From positions 149,116 through 213,115 of the forward strand of contig NW_003314327.1 in NCBI RefSeq assembly GCF_000143415.4: a DNA stretch of 64,000 nt, in the 5' to 3' direction. Of the stretch, positions 1 to 13,069 are shown one piece after another. Every line of letters starts with the position of its first letter. Position 1 is the stretch's first letter. Source of the DNA: Selaginella moellendorffii. Taxonomy: Eukaryota > Plantae > Lycopodiophyta. The notes under the pieces were generated by a model. It saw only the letters and a list, made by a program, of their open reading frames with translations, ran no database searches and was not told where the DNA came from. The position numbers and the translations under genes are program-made.

Positions 1-784
1 CCATGTTTCTGACTTTTTGGCAATGGACTGACTAGTGCGTAACTCTGGCTGCAGTCTAAATGATCGAAAACCTGTGACGGATGACGACGAGATCATAATG
101 CTGATTGCTCCCGATCATCAAATGCTGGATCAAGTTCAAAAGATTGCGTACTCGCTTCTGGACGATGACGATATGGTAACGTTTTCTTTATTGTTTTCCA
201 GCATTGCAATCTCGGCAAGCCAACAGATCTTTGTTTGATGCCAGCAAGAGAAGCCATTGATAATGTGGAACCCCCAGCTTTTCAGCGGCGACGTTGGTAT
301 TGGCCTAAACGTTCGTAGAGTTCGCAACGAATTCTTAAGGTACAAAAAAAGAAAATGGAGAAAGATATTTTGGAACATCTTTGCAGAACCTTTACAACTG
401 TGTACTCGCTAAAGCCTTTGCCTACTGGCGCCATTTTTAAGAGATACCCCGGGTATGATTTGCTGCCTCTCTCTTCTTTTTCTGTGCTTAAGCTATCAAG
501 CTGGTGTGCAGGCTTTGGAAAATCTTTCTGGACGATAAACAACGACCCGGCCGCTACTTGTTCGCAAGGGAGCAAGCTAGCAAGCCAGACGCTGAAGACC
601 TGGAGGTTTGTAAACTTTTAAAGCTTTTCTACACAGTTCCAGCAAGACTTAAGCGTGTTCTTTGCAGGCCATCCTACTCCAAGGCTCAGCCCCGGGAGAC
701 GAACCGCAAGTACCATCGTTTCTCGCCAACGCAATGGCAACCATGTCATATCTCGGTCGATTCATGAGAGCACTTTCCCAGTGA
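1..784 (+). CDS. DUF1995-domain protein (At5g27560-like, probably plastid), 3' exons only
   Basis: Spliced exons (~55-175, 245-339, 389-451, 511-606, 668-784) read PLIMWNPQLFSGDVGIGLNVRRVRNEFL / TFTTVYSLKPLPTGAIFKRYPG / LWKIFLDDKQRPGRYLFARE...PDAEDLE; TGA at 782-784; 5' part lies outside the window. Confidence 0.8.
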
Positions 785-1016
785 ACAAACAAACATACAT
801 ACATACATCGAGGTAAGTACTTTCTTCTACTCAGTGTCCTTCCCCTACACCTATGAGAGAGGAAAATAAAAGAAAGGTAGGGACTCCAGTGGTGCTGACT
901 CTTGCAGAGTACTGGTAATGGTACAAGGTTTTTTGTTTCTTCCTAGTTAGCTCCATCTTTTTAGCTCTTCCTAAAGTCAATGCCAGAGGAACTAACAGCA
1001 CCAGTGTTATGTTTTG

Positions 1017-1938
1017 TCAAAATCCAGCGTAGCAGCTGCATCGATTTGGCAGGAGGATTTGCTGCTGCGGCTGCTGCTGCTGCTGCTGCTGCTCCGGTTT
1101 GTTCTCGGCATCGCTACCTTGCTGGCGAAGATCCGTGGAGCTGTCGTCACTGTCGAGGAGGCGATGGACGCCGCAGCAAGTGGCCAGGACGAGCGCCGAG
1201 CAGCAGACTACTTCTCGCTCCAGATGCGAGCAGTAGCTCTCGAACATTGTCACTGTTACTTGGAGGCGAAAGTCGAGACGAAAGAGGAACTGGAGCTCCA
1301 GGCGATTCATCTCCAGCGTGCTCACTCCCCCGACTTTGGCGTAGTACGCATTGTTATAGTACCTGAAGCAAGAGCCACAAACTTTTCAGCCAAGAATCCC
1401 AAAAGCATTGATCGAAGAACCAAAAGTTCCAGAAAAGCTCAAGAAACCCGAAAATCACACTAAACTCCTACTAGAGAGGAGGAAAGAGAGCTTACGCATC
1501 ATCGAGGAACTTTGCGGCCACCATGACGCTGGTGATGAGGAGGCGATGGACGTTGAGTGAGGTGATTGGAACATCCGGCTGCTGGTGGATGAATCGATCC
1601 ATGTACGCGTAGGCGACGACGAAGCACGCTGGGCTACAGTTGGCGTACTTGAAAATCCTCTCCAGGTACTTCTCGATGCTGATGGAGGGCGCCCTCAATC
1701 CATGGAAAACCGTGAGCTTGGTCGCCCCCCCGCCCAAATGCCTGTGGTTGCGCGCCACCACTCTCTCGAGCAGCGATGCCAGGACGGAGATCACAGTCGG
1801 GGGCCGATTCTCCATCGCTCGCCCGCTCAGGGAAGAAGGGGAAGAAAAGGAAGAAGAAGTAGAGCCTGACGATAGCAATGTCGTTGTTCTCGTCGTGGGT
1901 CGGCTCCCCAGCTCGCGATCACACACCACATCCACCAT
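1017..1938 (-). CDS. CYCU: Cyclin U / P-type (PHO80-like) cyclin
   Basis: Exon 1 (1938-1496): [70 protein letters not shown]; exon 2 (~1363-1017): [33 protein letters not shown], poly-Q tail. Confidence 0.93.
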
Positions 1939-3099
1939 CTCTCAGCTAGAATCCCTCCTTTGCTTCGCGGCTTCTCTCTCGGACTCAAGCAGAGTGCTCA
2001 CAGCGAGCTCGGGCGAGCTAGAGAAGGCGAGAAATGTGGATGGAGCCCTCGCTCGCGATCGCCCATCACATTGCCACTCCCGGGGAGAGACGAGATGGAG
2101 GAACTCTCGCCCACGCGCTCTCCGCGAGCTCAAGGAGGGCCAAGAAAACCCAGTGAGAGAAGGCCGAAAGAGGAAGAAAGTGACATTGGAACGAGGGGAG
2201 TTTTTAAAAAAGACAGCTCAAGCCTAACTGGTGGCCAGCCACCGACACGTCGGCGTGCGGGGGTCGGTACGAACCGGGTTACGCATCCGTACGAACCACA
2301 AATCTCCTTTTTCCAACTCATTTTCGAATATTTTTTCTTTTTTTTCTCTATAATCTCGTCGTTGTGGAATGCTGGGCTGGATCGTGTGGTTGCTGACTTA
2401 CGGCAGAAATTGGCATCCTTGCAAAATAAATTCATGATTGGTCATGCAGAAGCTTCAGAGCATCTTCACATCTTGTTTTGTCATGGCTTGATGTTCTTCT
2501 TAGAGAAATAAAATACATGAAGATCAAGCTCTTGTGGTGGTTATGTGTCCATGGACAAAACCAGGGAATCTCTGCCAAAACACACTGCTTTTGATAGACA
2601 TTGATGTGTGAGAAAAACCCAATATGCACGTTTTCTCCATTCCATATATTCCCACAATTAATAAATTTAAAGGTAATATGGAAACTAAACACTTACACTA
2701 TTAATAAGTTATATATTATTTTGTGAAATTTTCATTTAGATTTCTGACAGATCCTATTAGAAAAAAATCAAAATATAATAGAAAACTGTATCATTAACAT
2801 AAAAAAATTAATCTGTAATAAAAAATTTGAAATTATGGAGAATATCGGATGGATAATATTTAAGAAATATCTTAATATATTTAATACACTAGGTGTATAT
2901 CAAAAATATTCTTATATATTTTAGAATATTTTTCAGCTTAATTCGTTTGTAATCAATATCTAATGTTAATATCTCTGTTACCAGCAGCAGCCCTAAAGAC
3001 TCATGTCTATAGGGAGTGTTACACACTGGTCCATAGAAGCACCTTGAGATTGAAGATTGCTTATATTTTAGTCTATCATAGAAGAGCTGATGAAATTAT

Positions 3100-5900
3100 G
3101 TAAACTACTATGACTTGATTGAGCAAGGTACTAATGATGGAAGAATTACCCTTCTAAGTTAGAGCATTTTCATGATTCTAGGGTGGAGAAACTAAATGGC
3201 ATCTTTCATTGGGTGTTCATCAATCTTCACTTGCTGGACACTTCTCTTATTTATGCTAAAGTATTGTTAACATAAAGAGCAATATGCACAAAGGAGAATG
3301 GTGTCCTTTTAAAATAAAGATTTGAATTTGTATCTTCAACCACTTCAAAAGTATACTCTATATCTTTTAAATGAAGGATGACCAAGCCTAGAATGCTATA
3401 AGTTATAAGTACTAGAAGTAGTGATCGCAGACTAACTTGTGAAATATCAAGGATATAAAGGTGATTTTGTCATGAGTATATGACAAAAGATGAACATGTA
3501 AAGTAAAAGAGTCCACAAGAATCAAAAGTTGGTAAAATACCCATATCACAATATCAATATGAGTAATAAACAAAAGATAAAGTGATGGAACATGAAAAAT
3601 GCTTTTGACAAAATGAGTCACCTTCTGCTATGTGGCATCAGAGGCAATGATAGAGTAAAATAAGAATTAATAGTTGACAAAGTGCTAATAACATGAGCAT
3701 ATCTGTGTTAAAAATCCTCAATAGAAGACAAAATATAAGAGGATGAATCATCGAGAGTAGCATATGTCTGTTATTGTTGTCCATTAAGACTAGAATGTTG
3801 GAATGACCATAGAAATAAAATGAATCTTGTGTAAAAGAGAATTGATTATTTGAAATATAAGCACCAGTAGAAAGTAAAGTGCTAGAGTAGAAATGTCGAA
3901 GGAAGATACTAAAGAAAATAATAATTCTGGAATTTTAAAAGTACACTATCATAACCATGATAGTAACCACATTAAAATACTCTAAAGGAAGAATAATCAA
4001 AAACTGAAGTAAGTGATCTTTTAGGGTAAAAATCATGCCTATTTATCCTTAAAATGTTTAATATGTCACTCAAGATCAATGCCAAAAATATATTTGAGGG
4101 ATTTAAATTGCTCTTTCAAATAAAGAATCTCTGTATCAATATTCTAACTAAAAGTATCATGAAGATATGACTAAAGAACAGTAGCAGAAGGATGGGATAA
4201 ATCATTAATATAGATATTATTTTGAAGAGTTAACAATAAAGTAGAACAAACATAAATATCTTTCTTGAGCCAGGCCATATACTCATTAATATTAGTAATA
4301 GAAGGTAACCTCAACTTATCAGGAAAGATTTATTTTCCCATATTTAGAAATGCTTTGTACAGAAGTGACCATCATAAGTCACTAAGTCTGTTGGCCATGT
4401 TGACTGTTTACCACACTATCAATATTAAGCATTGACCACACAAACAAAGGCACAATAAAACTCACTCCAACAATAACAACATTGATAAATAAAATAATTA
4501 ATGAATGAGCTTAAAAAAATCAACATTCTAGCAAGAGAGCTCAACAAAACCTATGTTTTAACAAAAGAGCTTAATACAATCAACATTCCAACAAAGATGC
4601 TCAACAAAATTATATATCAATAATCCTTCATATCAAACCACATAAGAGTAGCTAACTAAAGAGCTCAACAAAATTGACATTCTGACAAGGAAGCTCAACA
4701 AAATTGATATTCTAACAAGGAAGTTTAACAAAATCAAAATGTTAACAATCCTTTAAATAAAAAAAAATCATATGTGAGTAGCTGACAAAAGTGTTTAGCA
4801 AAATCAACAACCTGACATTTACTTTAACGATATTGATCAACAAAAAGTTTGACAAATTGACAATCTAACAATCTTTGGCAACATTCTTTTTGATAATCTG
4901 TTTCAACAATCCTTGTCAACAGAACAATAATGCTCTTTGATACCAAACAATACTCAAAATGTGGTATATATGTTCTTAATCATCAAAATTGAGGATAATT
5001 TAGCCCCACTCAAAAGATACATGTTCCAAGATATTCAAATTAGAGATGTGAAAGAATTCAGAAAATTCCCACAACTAATATAGTCATTTGGACCAATAGA
5101 ATGGTTGAAAATAGTATAAACCTATGTACTTCTAAAAATCATAATCATGGCTTTGGGTATAAACTCTTTATCTAAAGACTCTTTATGTTGCTTTGTGACA
5201 GGTTGATTGGATCACTGCTATGATACTATGTTATCTTGATTGAATCCCTAATGCCCAATCCTGGACTTATATATACACATATGTGAGCCAGCAATCCGCT
5301 CCTCATTCTTGTTGACACCAATGTGATCATCCATGAAGTTACATGGCCCAAAAATGTAGGCAAGGATCATTGAGGCTGCTAGAGCTTTTCCTTTTCCTTT
5401 TGTGTGGATGATGACAAAGCTTATTTCTGGACAAACTGTGTTTTATTTGGGAGAGGTTTGTGCTGAAGAACCTTGAGGAGCACGTGTGGAAGCAATAGCA
5501 CGGTTTCCCTATGCTAGATAAACTTGCTTTGCTCTACAATATTCCTCGTCATGATCATAATGCTCACAAAACTCACACTAAGGTGGATAATCATTGTTGG
5601 GATTCACATTGTTAAAAAATGGATGAACAAGAGGTTTTTAGATGAATGTTGAGTTAGCCAAGGGAAAAAGTAAAACTTATTAGACCTGTGCATTTGGTCA
5701 AAATTCACTTCATTCTCCACATCAACCAGACATACTTCTCATAAACATGCCAATAAGACAAAAAGGATTAAGCTCTTTCATCAGCACTGGATTACTTTGA
5801 GTGCTTTGAGCAATATGGTTCTCTCCTCGATGGAGGCAACAAGTGTACATGATCTCAGAATAAGAACCTTTACTTTATTATCATCTACCTTTCTGTAGAA
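3100..5900 (-). mobile_element. Highly decayed L1-like LINE remnant
   Basis: Minus strand shows, in LINE order, an ORF1-type knuckle CEFCEHYDHDEEYC (5536-5577), an APE-like start ISWN..GLN (~5000-5034) and an RT-like HLLSYTHDKITFI (~3460-3500); many stops. Boundaries approximate. Confidence 0.5.
4505..4870. repeat. Degenerate ~30-bp tandem repeat (AAGAGCTCAACAAAATTGACATTCTAACA-like)
   Basis: Roughly ten imperfect units, e.g. gagctcaacaaaattgacattctgacaagg / aagctcaacaaaattgatattctaacaagg. Confidence 0.6.
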
Positions 5901-6240
5901 ATCCTCAAAAAAATTGCAAAAATAATAAGAGTTATATGTAAGACATAAGACAGGAACTTGAACTAATAGTTCATATGAACCTTTATGGTCTTAATATATA
6001 TTTATTAACGATTTAGCAAGTCCCCAGATGTTATTAGTATATACTTATTTTTCGGGTGCATTAAGAAAGCATTATGCATGAGGTTTTGATATTCAGGAAA
6101 GTCCTCAACTTTTGGCAATTTTCTTAAAATTAAATTGATGTAACGATAGAAATGCAAACTTGGTTTGATGAAAATGCACAAGCACCTTTATTGGAATGAA
6201 GTCTCTCTCAATGTTTGAAAAGATTTATTTTATGTTTATC

Positions 6241-7717
6241 TTAATTTAGTGTTGCCATTTCTTTTCTGGCCTCCAATACTTTTCTCGCCTCCAACACTTT
6301 TCCGGCCTGAAACTCCTCTAGCTCTTTTTTTGTCGGCAACTTCGTTCTGGGGCATTTCCCGGGTCTCAGCGGTCTAATCTTCACATGCTTTGCAGCCTTG
6401 GCAAACTCTGTACCAAAGAGAAAAATCGCAAAAGCTTTCAAGAACACGCAACATTGCACAAACCTTCCAGAGGATGATTATCCACATTCCTCTTTCTGGT
6501 GTCTTCCAGGTGATGGGAGAAAACTCCACCAGCATCTGCTCGCAACTTTCGAGAGCCATCATCATATCAGTCTCACCTAAACAACAAGAGCGCTTTCAAA
6601 TTATGAAGGATCTACAGAGAGACGTGACTGACTACAAAACTCACGCTCAAGGTAACTCTTGTAGTTCGATTTCCCCATTTTCTCCAGCACCTCTGCAATG
6701 GGCACGAGCTCCAATTCCCTGCCCTTGCTCGTTGTAACCGCTTCTTGGTATTACCCAAGCTGAGGAGCCACCACAACTCCAACAAGAAATCCAGTAGAAA
6801 GAAAAACAGGAGCTCCCAGCTCAGTGACAGCTGAACACGGCATCATCACCCCCTGGCCAACTACGACGCCCATGATGAGATCCGGCCACACTGAGTAGCT
6901 GCTCACTGTGACCAAATATTTCCAGCTGCAAAGCCATCGCTTCACAGCCATGAAGGTGGCAAAGCTTAGATTGAGGGAGCCATCGACTGGCTCCAGGCAC
7001 GCCACAGAATCATTGTAAGTAGCACTGATCCTGCACTCGAAGCATGGAGCGTCGCCAAACTTGACCATGATGATCATGGTGGCATTGTCGGCTTGGCCGC
7101 CTCTGCTGTTGTTGGACGCTGGCACAACACACCCGAGCGCTGTCCAACAGGTTCCATTCGGCCTGATGAGAGTCGGCTTTCAATCCCCGGCGGCTGAGAC
7201 AATCTGCGAGAGACGAGATGCACCGAGCCGATCATGCTCCCCATCTTTTCTTGCAGAAGAGGTGCGTACGTGACGTTCGGCGGTTTGTTAAACACCAACC
7301 TATAGTCATGTTCCTTATTGTTCTGGTACAAGTCCTCCTTCATGGCGTTACTTCTAGCCACATCCATCCGATGGCGACGATCGAGTTCCTGCTCCCTGGC
7401 TTCCATTCGGGCAAACGCTTTGCCCACTTTCGTTTTGTGGAATGTGTCCGTCTCGCTGCGATGGCGCTTGCCAGTGATGACAAGAGGGGTTTGCTGCGAG
7501 AGGCCGTCGCCCAGCTGTGAGTGATTTGGCTGCAAGGAGAGCAACGAGGTGATCTGATCCAGGGACATGACCGAGTTGCCCTGCGCCAAGTCAGCGGCAC
7601 GGAGCGTGCACGGGTCGCTGCAATGCCATCCAGCATGAGGTGTTTGGATTTGTGCAGAGGGAAGAGCAGCGCCTTCCCGTTCCTGTCCTCCTGCAACCTG
7701 ATCCACGTGGCCTCCAT
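6241..7717 (-). pseudogene. Frameshifted gene: small N-terminal header domain + charged linker + trypsin/V8-fold pseudoprotease + C-terminal exon (copy 1)
   Basis: Overlapping ORFs 7340-7717, 7074-7706, 6751-7125 and 6241-6565 join by frameshifts; motifs TLIRPNGTCWTALGCVV, NDSVACL, TELGAPVFLSTGFLVGVVV; internal TAA at 6751. Confidence 0.5.
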
Positions 7718-8365
7718 GCTTTCAATTTCACCAGTTTCTTTCTTTTTTTTAGTTAAAATTTCGCCATGCGCCCGCGTACAGAAATCATACGAATGTTGCT
7801 GTGAGGTAAGAACTTTCTTCTCTTCTCTCTGGCGTTCTTTGTAGATTCTTATGGTTTTTATTTTAATCTAGAGTTTCTGCACACAATGCTACAGCCAGTG
7901 TGGCCATTTCGACTCTCCCTTGGGATCGCCCAGTGCTGGGGACTGTGCCTCGTGCGTTGGTAATACTTTGCTTGTTTCGCGACACGTTTGTTTCACAAAC
8001 TAGATCTATCTCGTGGTCAGAGCGTCAATGCTAGTTCTACGCTACATTGTTGATTCCGGCTAAACTCCTGTAAGTCCAATTCGGATCTTGTTGCTTAAGC
8101 GGTCAGGATAGTGCTGGGAGCTTTCCAGGCCTCTTCTGGTTTCATTACGAACTCATAAGTGGTGATCAAACAGGTGCAGTGATCAATTTCGAGGCTATCG
8201 GACCTGGTATGATTTTTCTGCCGGCCAGTTGAGCAACCAAGATTCACAAAGCTTCAAGGGGTAAACAAAATAAATACTTAGCTTTATCTTTCTCAAGACA
8301 TCTATAGTGTTCTTATTTCTAAAGCGTACACCAGAAAACTAATTATCTATCTCCACAACAATTTC

Positions 8366-9140
8366 TCATCCATAAACTGTCTTCACCATTTGTTTTCTCA
8401 TTGCCAATACTTTTCTCGCCTCCAACTCTTCTGTCGCCTTCAACTCTTGTCTCGACAGCAACTTCCCTCTAGGAGCTTTCCCAGCTCTCAACGGTCTAGT
8501 CTTTATAGACTTTGCAGCCTCGGCAAACTCTGTACCATATTCAGAAAAAACATTCAAGAACAGGTAAAACGAAGACGCATTGCACAAACCTTCCAGGGGA
8601 TGAGTATCCATCCATTCTTCCTCCGGCAGCTTCCAGGAGACGGGAGCAAACTCCAGCAGCATCTGCTGGTGGCTTTTGAGAGCCATAATCATATCCGTCT
8701 CATCTAAAATACAAGTGCTTGCAAATTACCAAAAGAGCAATAATTACGAACTCACTCTTGTAGTCCGATGTCTGCAGTTCCTCCAGCACTTCTGCAATGG
8801 GCGTGAGCTCCAATTCCCTGCACTTGCTCGTTGTCACCCTTCCTTCTTGGTAGAGCCCAAGCTGAGGAGCCACCACAACTCCACCAAGATATCCAGTTGA
8901 TTTAAAAACAGGAGCTCCCTGCTCGGTGACAGTCGAACACGGCATCATACGACACCCATGATGAGATCCGGCCACACTGAGTAGCTGCTCACTGTGACCA
9001 AATATTTCGAGTCACAACACCATTTCTCCACACACATGCAGGTGGTGAAACTTAGATCGAGGGAGCCATCAACTGGCACGCCACCAAATCGTTGTAAGTA
9101 GCACTGATTCTGCACTCGAACCACGGAGCATCACCACATG
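8366..9140 (-). pseudogene. 5'-truncated paralog of the 6.2-7.7 kb pseudogene (copy 2)
   Basis: Direct repeat of ~6270-7060, with long identical stretches such as gatgagatccggccacactgagtagctgctcactgtgaccaaatattt; encodes TEQGAPVFKSTGYLGGVVVAPQLG and GTEFAEAAK..RPLR.GK.PR. Confidence 0.7.
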
Positions 9141-12091
9141 CACTATATTGCATTTAGGATAGATTCATCACTTAAATATTTTTCTTGTGTCATATTCCAT
9201 TTCCACCAATAAAATATAAACTTCTGTAACGATAACAAAGTGAGCTCTATAAAGGATGAAGTACTTGTGGGAATTATGCAAACAACTAGATGCTTTGCAA
9301 GATGATTTTTGTCCTATGTAGTGTATTTAACTTGCAGGCACAATAACTATTGGCTCTTTTAAATCCTTGATCTTGCCAACATGCTGAATGCATTTGTGGA
9401 AATGACAGAGCTGAGTGAGGGGACAACTTCCAAGAGTATAACCTCCACGAACTCATTCTATCTGCTTTAGTTGTTGTTATTGATATATCAAAGCTTCCAA
9501 TTTACTCACTAGTTGCTACTCATGGCAATTGTCTCTAGAGTAAAGGCAAGCTAAGCATATATGGAAGCCAGCTTTTGGAAGACTTCATCACTGATATATA
9601 AAGAACAACACTTAGGAAAAAACATTTATTATCTTCACTTTTAATATTGTGATCATTTTGGCTTTGACACTTATAAATATTAGTGCTTTGGTATGCCGTG
9701 TTCCCACTTCCATTTTACCCTTACAATGGCACTTGCCCAACACTCCCACTGTCCAGCCAACCTAAACACAATTCCTGTACATAAATTAATGTCATTTTTT
9801 GCTGAGTTGGCCCACTGGATATCTGGTAGGAGAATTTATCTAAGAAGGATTCCTGAAGAGTCCTTGTTCTTGAAGGCCAAAGCAACATCCCCACAAAATA
9901 AGTGGTCCAAAATCTAGACTGAGGTTCAACTCTAATTTCAGTTCTGTTAAATTTGTTTTATAATTACAAATTGTACAAAAACTTATAAAAACGAATTTGT
10001 CATACAATAATTTATCATATGTGTATAATTTGTCTTGGTATAATTTTAGTTAAGGTATCAAATCTAAGTATCAGTGGTTAAAAGTATACATGCATGATTT
10101 TCTAAATAGTAGTGTTATTATTGTTTATTAATTTAGAAGTGTGAAGACCAAGTGTATAGTTATGATGCCATATACTAATATTAACATAGTGGAATTTTGG
10201 TAGCTGTCGGATTGGTTTCAATTTGAACCACTCGCTTCTGTATATGAGCTAGGGTTTTTGGGGTAATTAATATGCACATTTTCTGTATTCCCTTTCTATA
10301 TCACATTAGTGGAGGTCAAGAGTATCTTTAATTGTCCCTAAGGAGTGTTTGGATTTAAGATTTTTGTTTAGATCTAGCTTTTGCATTGTTTGAATCTCCT
10401 TTTCTATTTAACTTTTTTAATTTTTTTCTTTTGCTCTTTCCTTTTCATTCATCTTCATGGCAGAGTAACAATTTCCTCCTCCTTTGACTTTGAAGTAGTA
10501 GTTGGTACAATTGCTTGATGCTATGTGCTTGCAATTGAACAACCAAACTCAATTGATAGTAGTATTCCTTCTGCTTTTGATGCCAATCTTTGCATTCGGT
10601 TGGAGTTCTTTCATGAGAATCCTGGGGATGATGTGTACTATTTATTCAATCACTTTACAGTAATTATTACATATCATTTTTGGGATAATACTCGATGTTT
10701 ATATGAGTTTCCCACGTATTTCCAAGGGACGGCATTGCAATTGTACAATAGTTTGAGTGTAGTTATTCATAGGCATTAAAGTCTTCTCCCGGATGTCTTC
10801 AAATGCGTATTCGAACATATTGACGATTATAATAATGCCTTACAACAATTGCATCATCTTCGTCAAGGGCTATCAGAGTCAATAATGCAATTTGGCATTT
10901 GTTTTTGAAGCCTCTTGCTTCATGCGGAGCCAAATATGTAAGAACGGATCAAATTGAGAATGTTTTGGCCAGCACTTCGTCAAAATGTTGTAGAACTTGT
11001 GTATGCACATGCTTCAACCACTTTGACAATGCCCTTCTCTTGGCACAACATTATGAGATATCTCTTCTTCCACTTTTCGTTACACGTCTTTCAGCTCCAC
11101 TTTTTGTGGGAGATGGTCTTGTTCCAATGGAAGTTGATGCTGCTATTGCTCGAGTTCAAGGACAAAGGCGAGGATATGGTCATGGCCATGATGTTCACTA
11201 TTGGACATATGATGAAGTTGGTCACACCTATCGGCAATGTTGGCATTTTCCGAATTGATGGCCTTTATTTTCTGCGTGGAGATCTTGGTATCAACAACAT
11301 TCTATTGGTGTTGTTGTATGGAAAGTTTGGACACCGAGATGCATTTGGGAAACGAAGAGTCGCACAAGTAATGGAGGGATCTTGCACAAATAAGTCAATG
11401 ACCCTTCCATCTTTATTTCAAGAGTATCATCAAGTGGTTCATTCAGCACCAGTTCATCCAATGTTTACTTTCCAAACTCATTTTTATAATAAGAGATCTT
11501 TTATTATTCTCTCCATATTGGTTGTTACAAGTTCAAGTTTATCTTCTATTCGTGTCATGAGGTGGAGTTAGTTTTCATTACATGCATATGCACGGGATGA
11601 GGTAGACCTAGTTGTGCGTGTGGGCAATCTCAAGCTTGAATTGTACTCATTGTGGGTGATACTAAATTAAGCTTTTGACCTCATCCTTGGTATAAATTAG
11701 TTGTAGCAATAATGCTAAGTGTAACTTTGAGGCTTCTCCCCCTTATCTCATACTCCTTATATTTCATCCATTCCTCTTACTTTCATACTTTTTTGCCCTT
11801 TTGTTTTTACCTTTGCTTTTATTACTTTTGTTTCCCTATTACTTCCTCCTATGTTTCCATCTTGTTTTGCTCTTCCCTTTTCCGATCCTTTCGATGGCTT
11901 TTATGTTGTAGCAGTTGACCAGCTCATGAAAGAGTATGCTGATCTTTTTGAATTTGACTTATCATCTGGGGCCAAAATTGCCATATGTCATCTAATTCTA
12001 ACAAGAGATGCTTGTTTAATCATGGTTCCTGTTCGTCATTGATCACCCAAAGAGATCAAGATTTTACATGTAAATGTCAAAGAGATGTTAG

Positions 12092-12687
12092 TGTAAGCAA
12101 GCAAAGAGAACGATTTGAGACGCGATCCATAAGGGTTCAAATATAGAGGGAAAGGGCCCATGAACAAGAGTGCACCTTCTTTTCCAATCGGTTAAGGGTC
12201 TTAGGATATTTAGGGTTAAGTGTTTTTGGGTTTGAATAGTACTGAGCTGGGTGACCTCCTAGGAAGTCCAAGCTCAGGAGCTTACATTTGGTATTAAAGG
12301 GGTCTCGGGTCCGACTCTGTTGGTTGGCTAGGGGAATCACACCACATGTTGATTGACATTTGGCTGGTCTAGTTTGCTCCCACTAGGCTCGACCCGAGGG
12401 GTAGGGTGTCAAGAGAGCGGGGCTTTCAGGAGAGCTGCAGCTCTCAGCTTCCATTCACAAGAGTGTGAACTTGCAGGGAAGCGTGGTGAATTGTAAGCAA
12501 CCAAAGAGAACAACTCGAAAGGCGATCTATAAGGGTTCAAATATAGAAGGAAAGGGCTTATGAACAAAAGTGCACTTTTTTTTTCCAATTGGTTAAGGGT
12601 CTTAGGATATTTGGGGTTAAATGTTTTTGGGTTTGAATAGTACTGTGCTGGGTGACCTCCCAGGAAGTCCAAACTCAGGAGCTTACA
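12092..12687 (+). mobile_element. Cassandra-type TRIM, full length (596 bp), nested in the Gypsy RT
   Basis: LTRs 12092-12286 and 12492-12687, both TGTAAGC...GCTTACA and ~90% identical by hand count; TSD GTTAG/GTTAA; PBS-like TGGTATTAAAGG after LTR1; purine-rich tract before LTR2; each LTR carries a 5S rRNA-like segment (e.g. 12215-12269). Removing it restores Gypsy KEML|xKGVI. Confidence 0.92.
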
Positions 12688-13069
12688 GTTAAAAAAGGGT
12701 GTTATTTAAAAGTCGCAAAGTCCTTGAGCATGTGAACCTCATCTTGTGACAAAGTTTAGTGAGAGTATTTGTTTCTACATCAACTATCGTCTGTTAAATG
12801 AAGTGACAATCCATGATGTGTACCCTCTTCCTCACACTGTTAATCTCTTGGATCATCTGGGGAGAAGTCATTGGTTAACTAAGCTAGATCTTGCTTCTGG
12901 GTACTAACAAGTATTTATGGCCAAAGAAAATATTCTTAAGACTGTTTTTCATATACCATTTGGTTTGTATGAATTTTTGGTGATGCTGTTTGGTATGACC
13001 AATGCTCCAATGACTTTTTAGTGGATGATAGACAAGGTTTTTTGTAATATACTAGAGGTGACTGCTGAC

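Noticed and set aside
12215-12269. 5S rRNA gene
   Set aside because: Only the internal promoter part is present, embedded in LTRs, with no 5S 5' half; it belongs to Cassandra.
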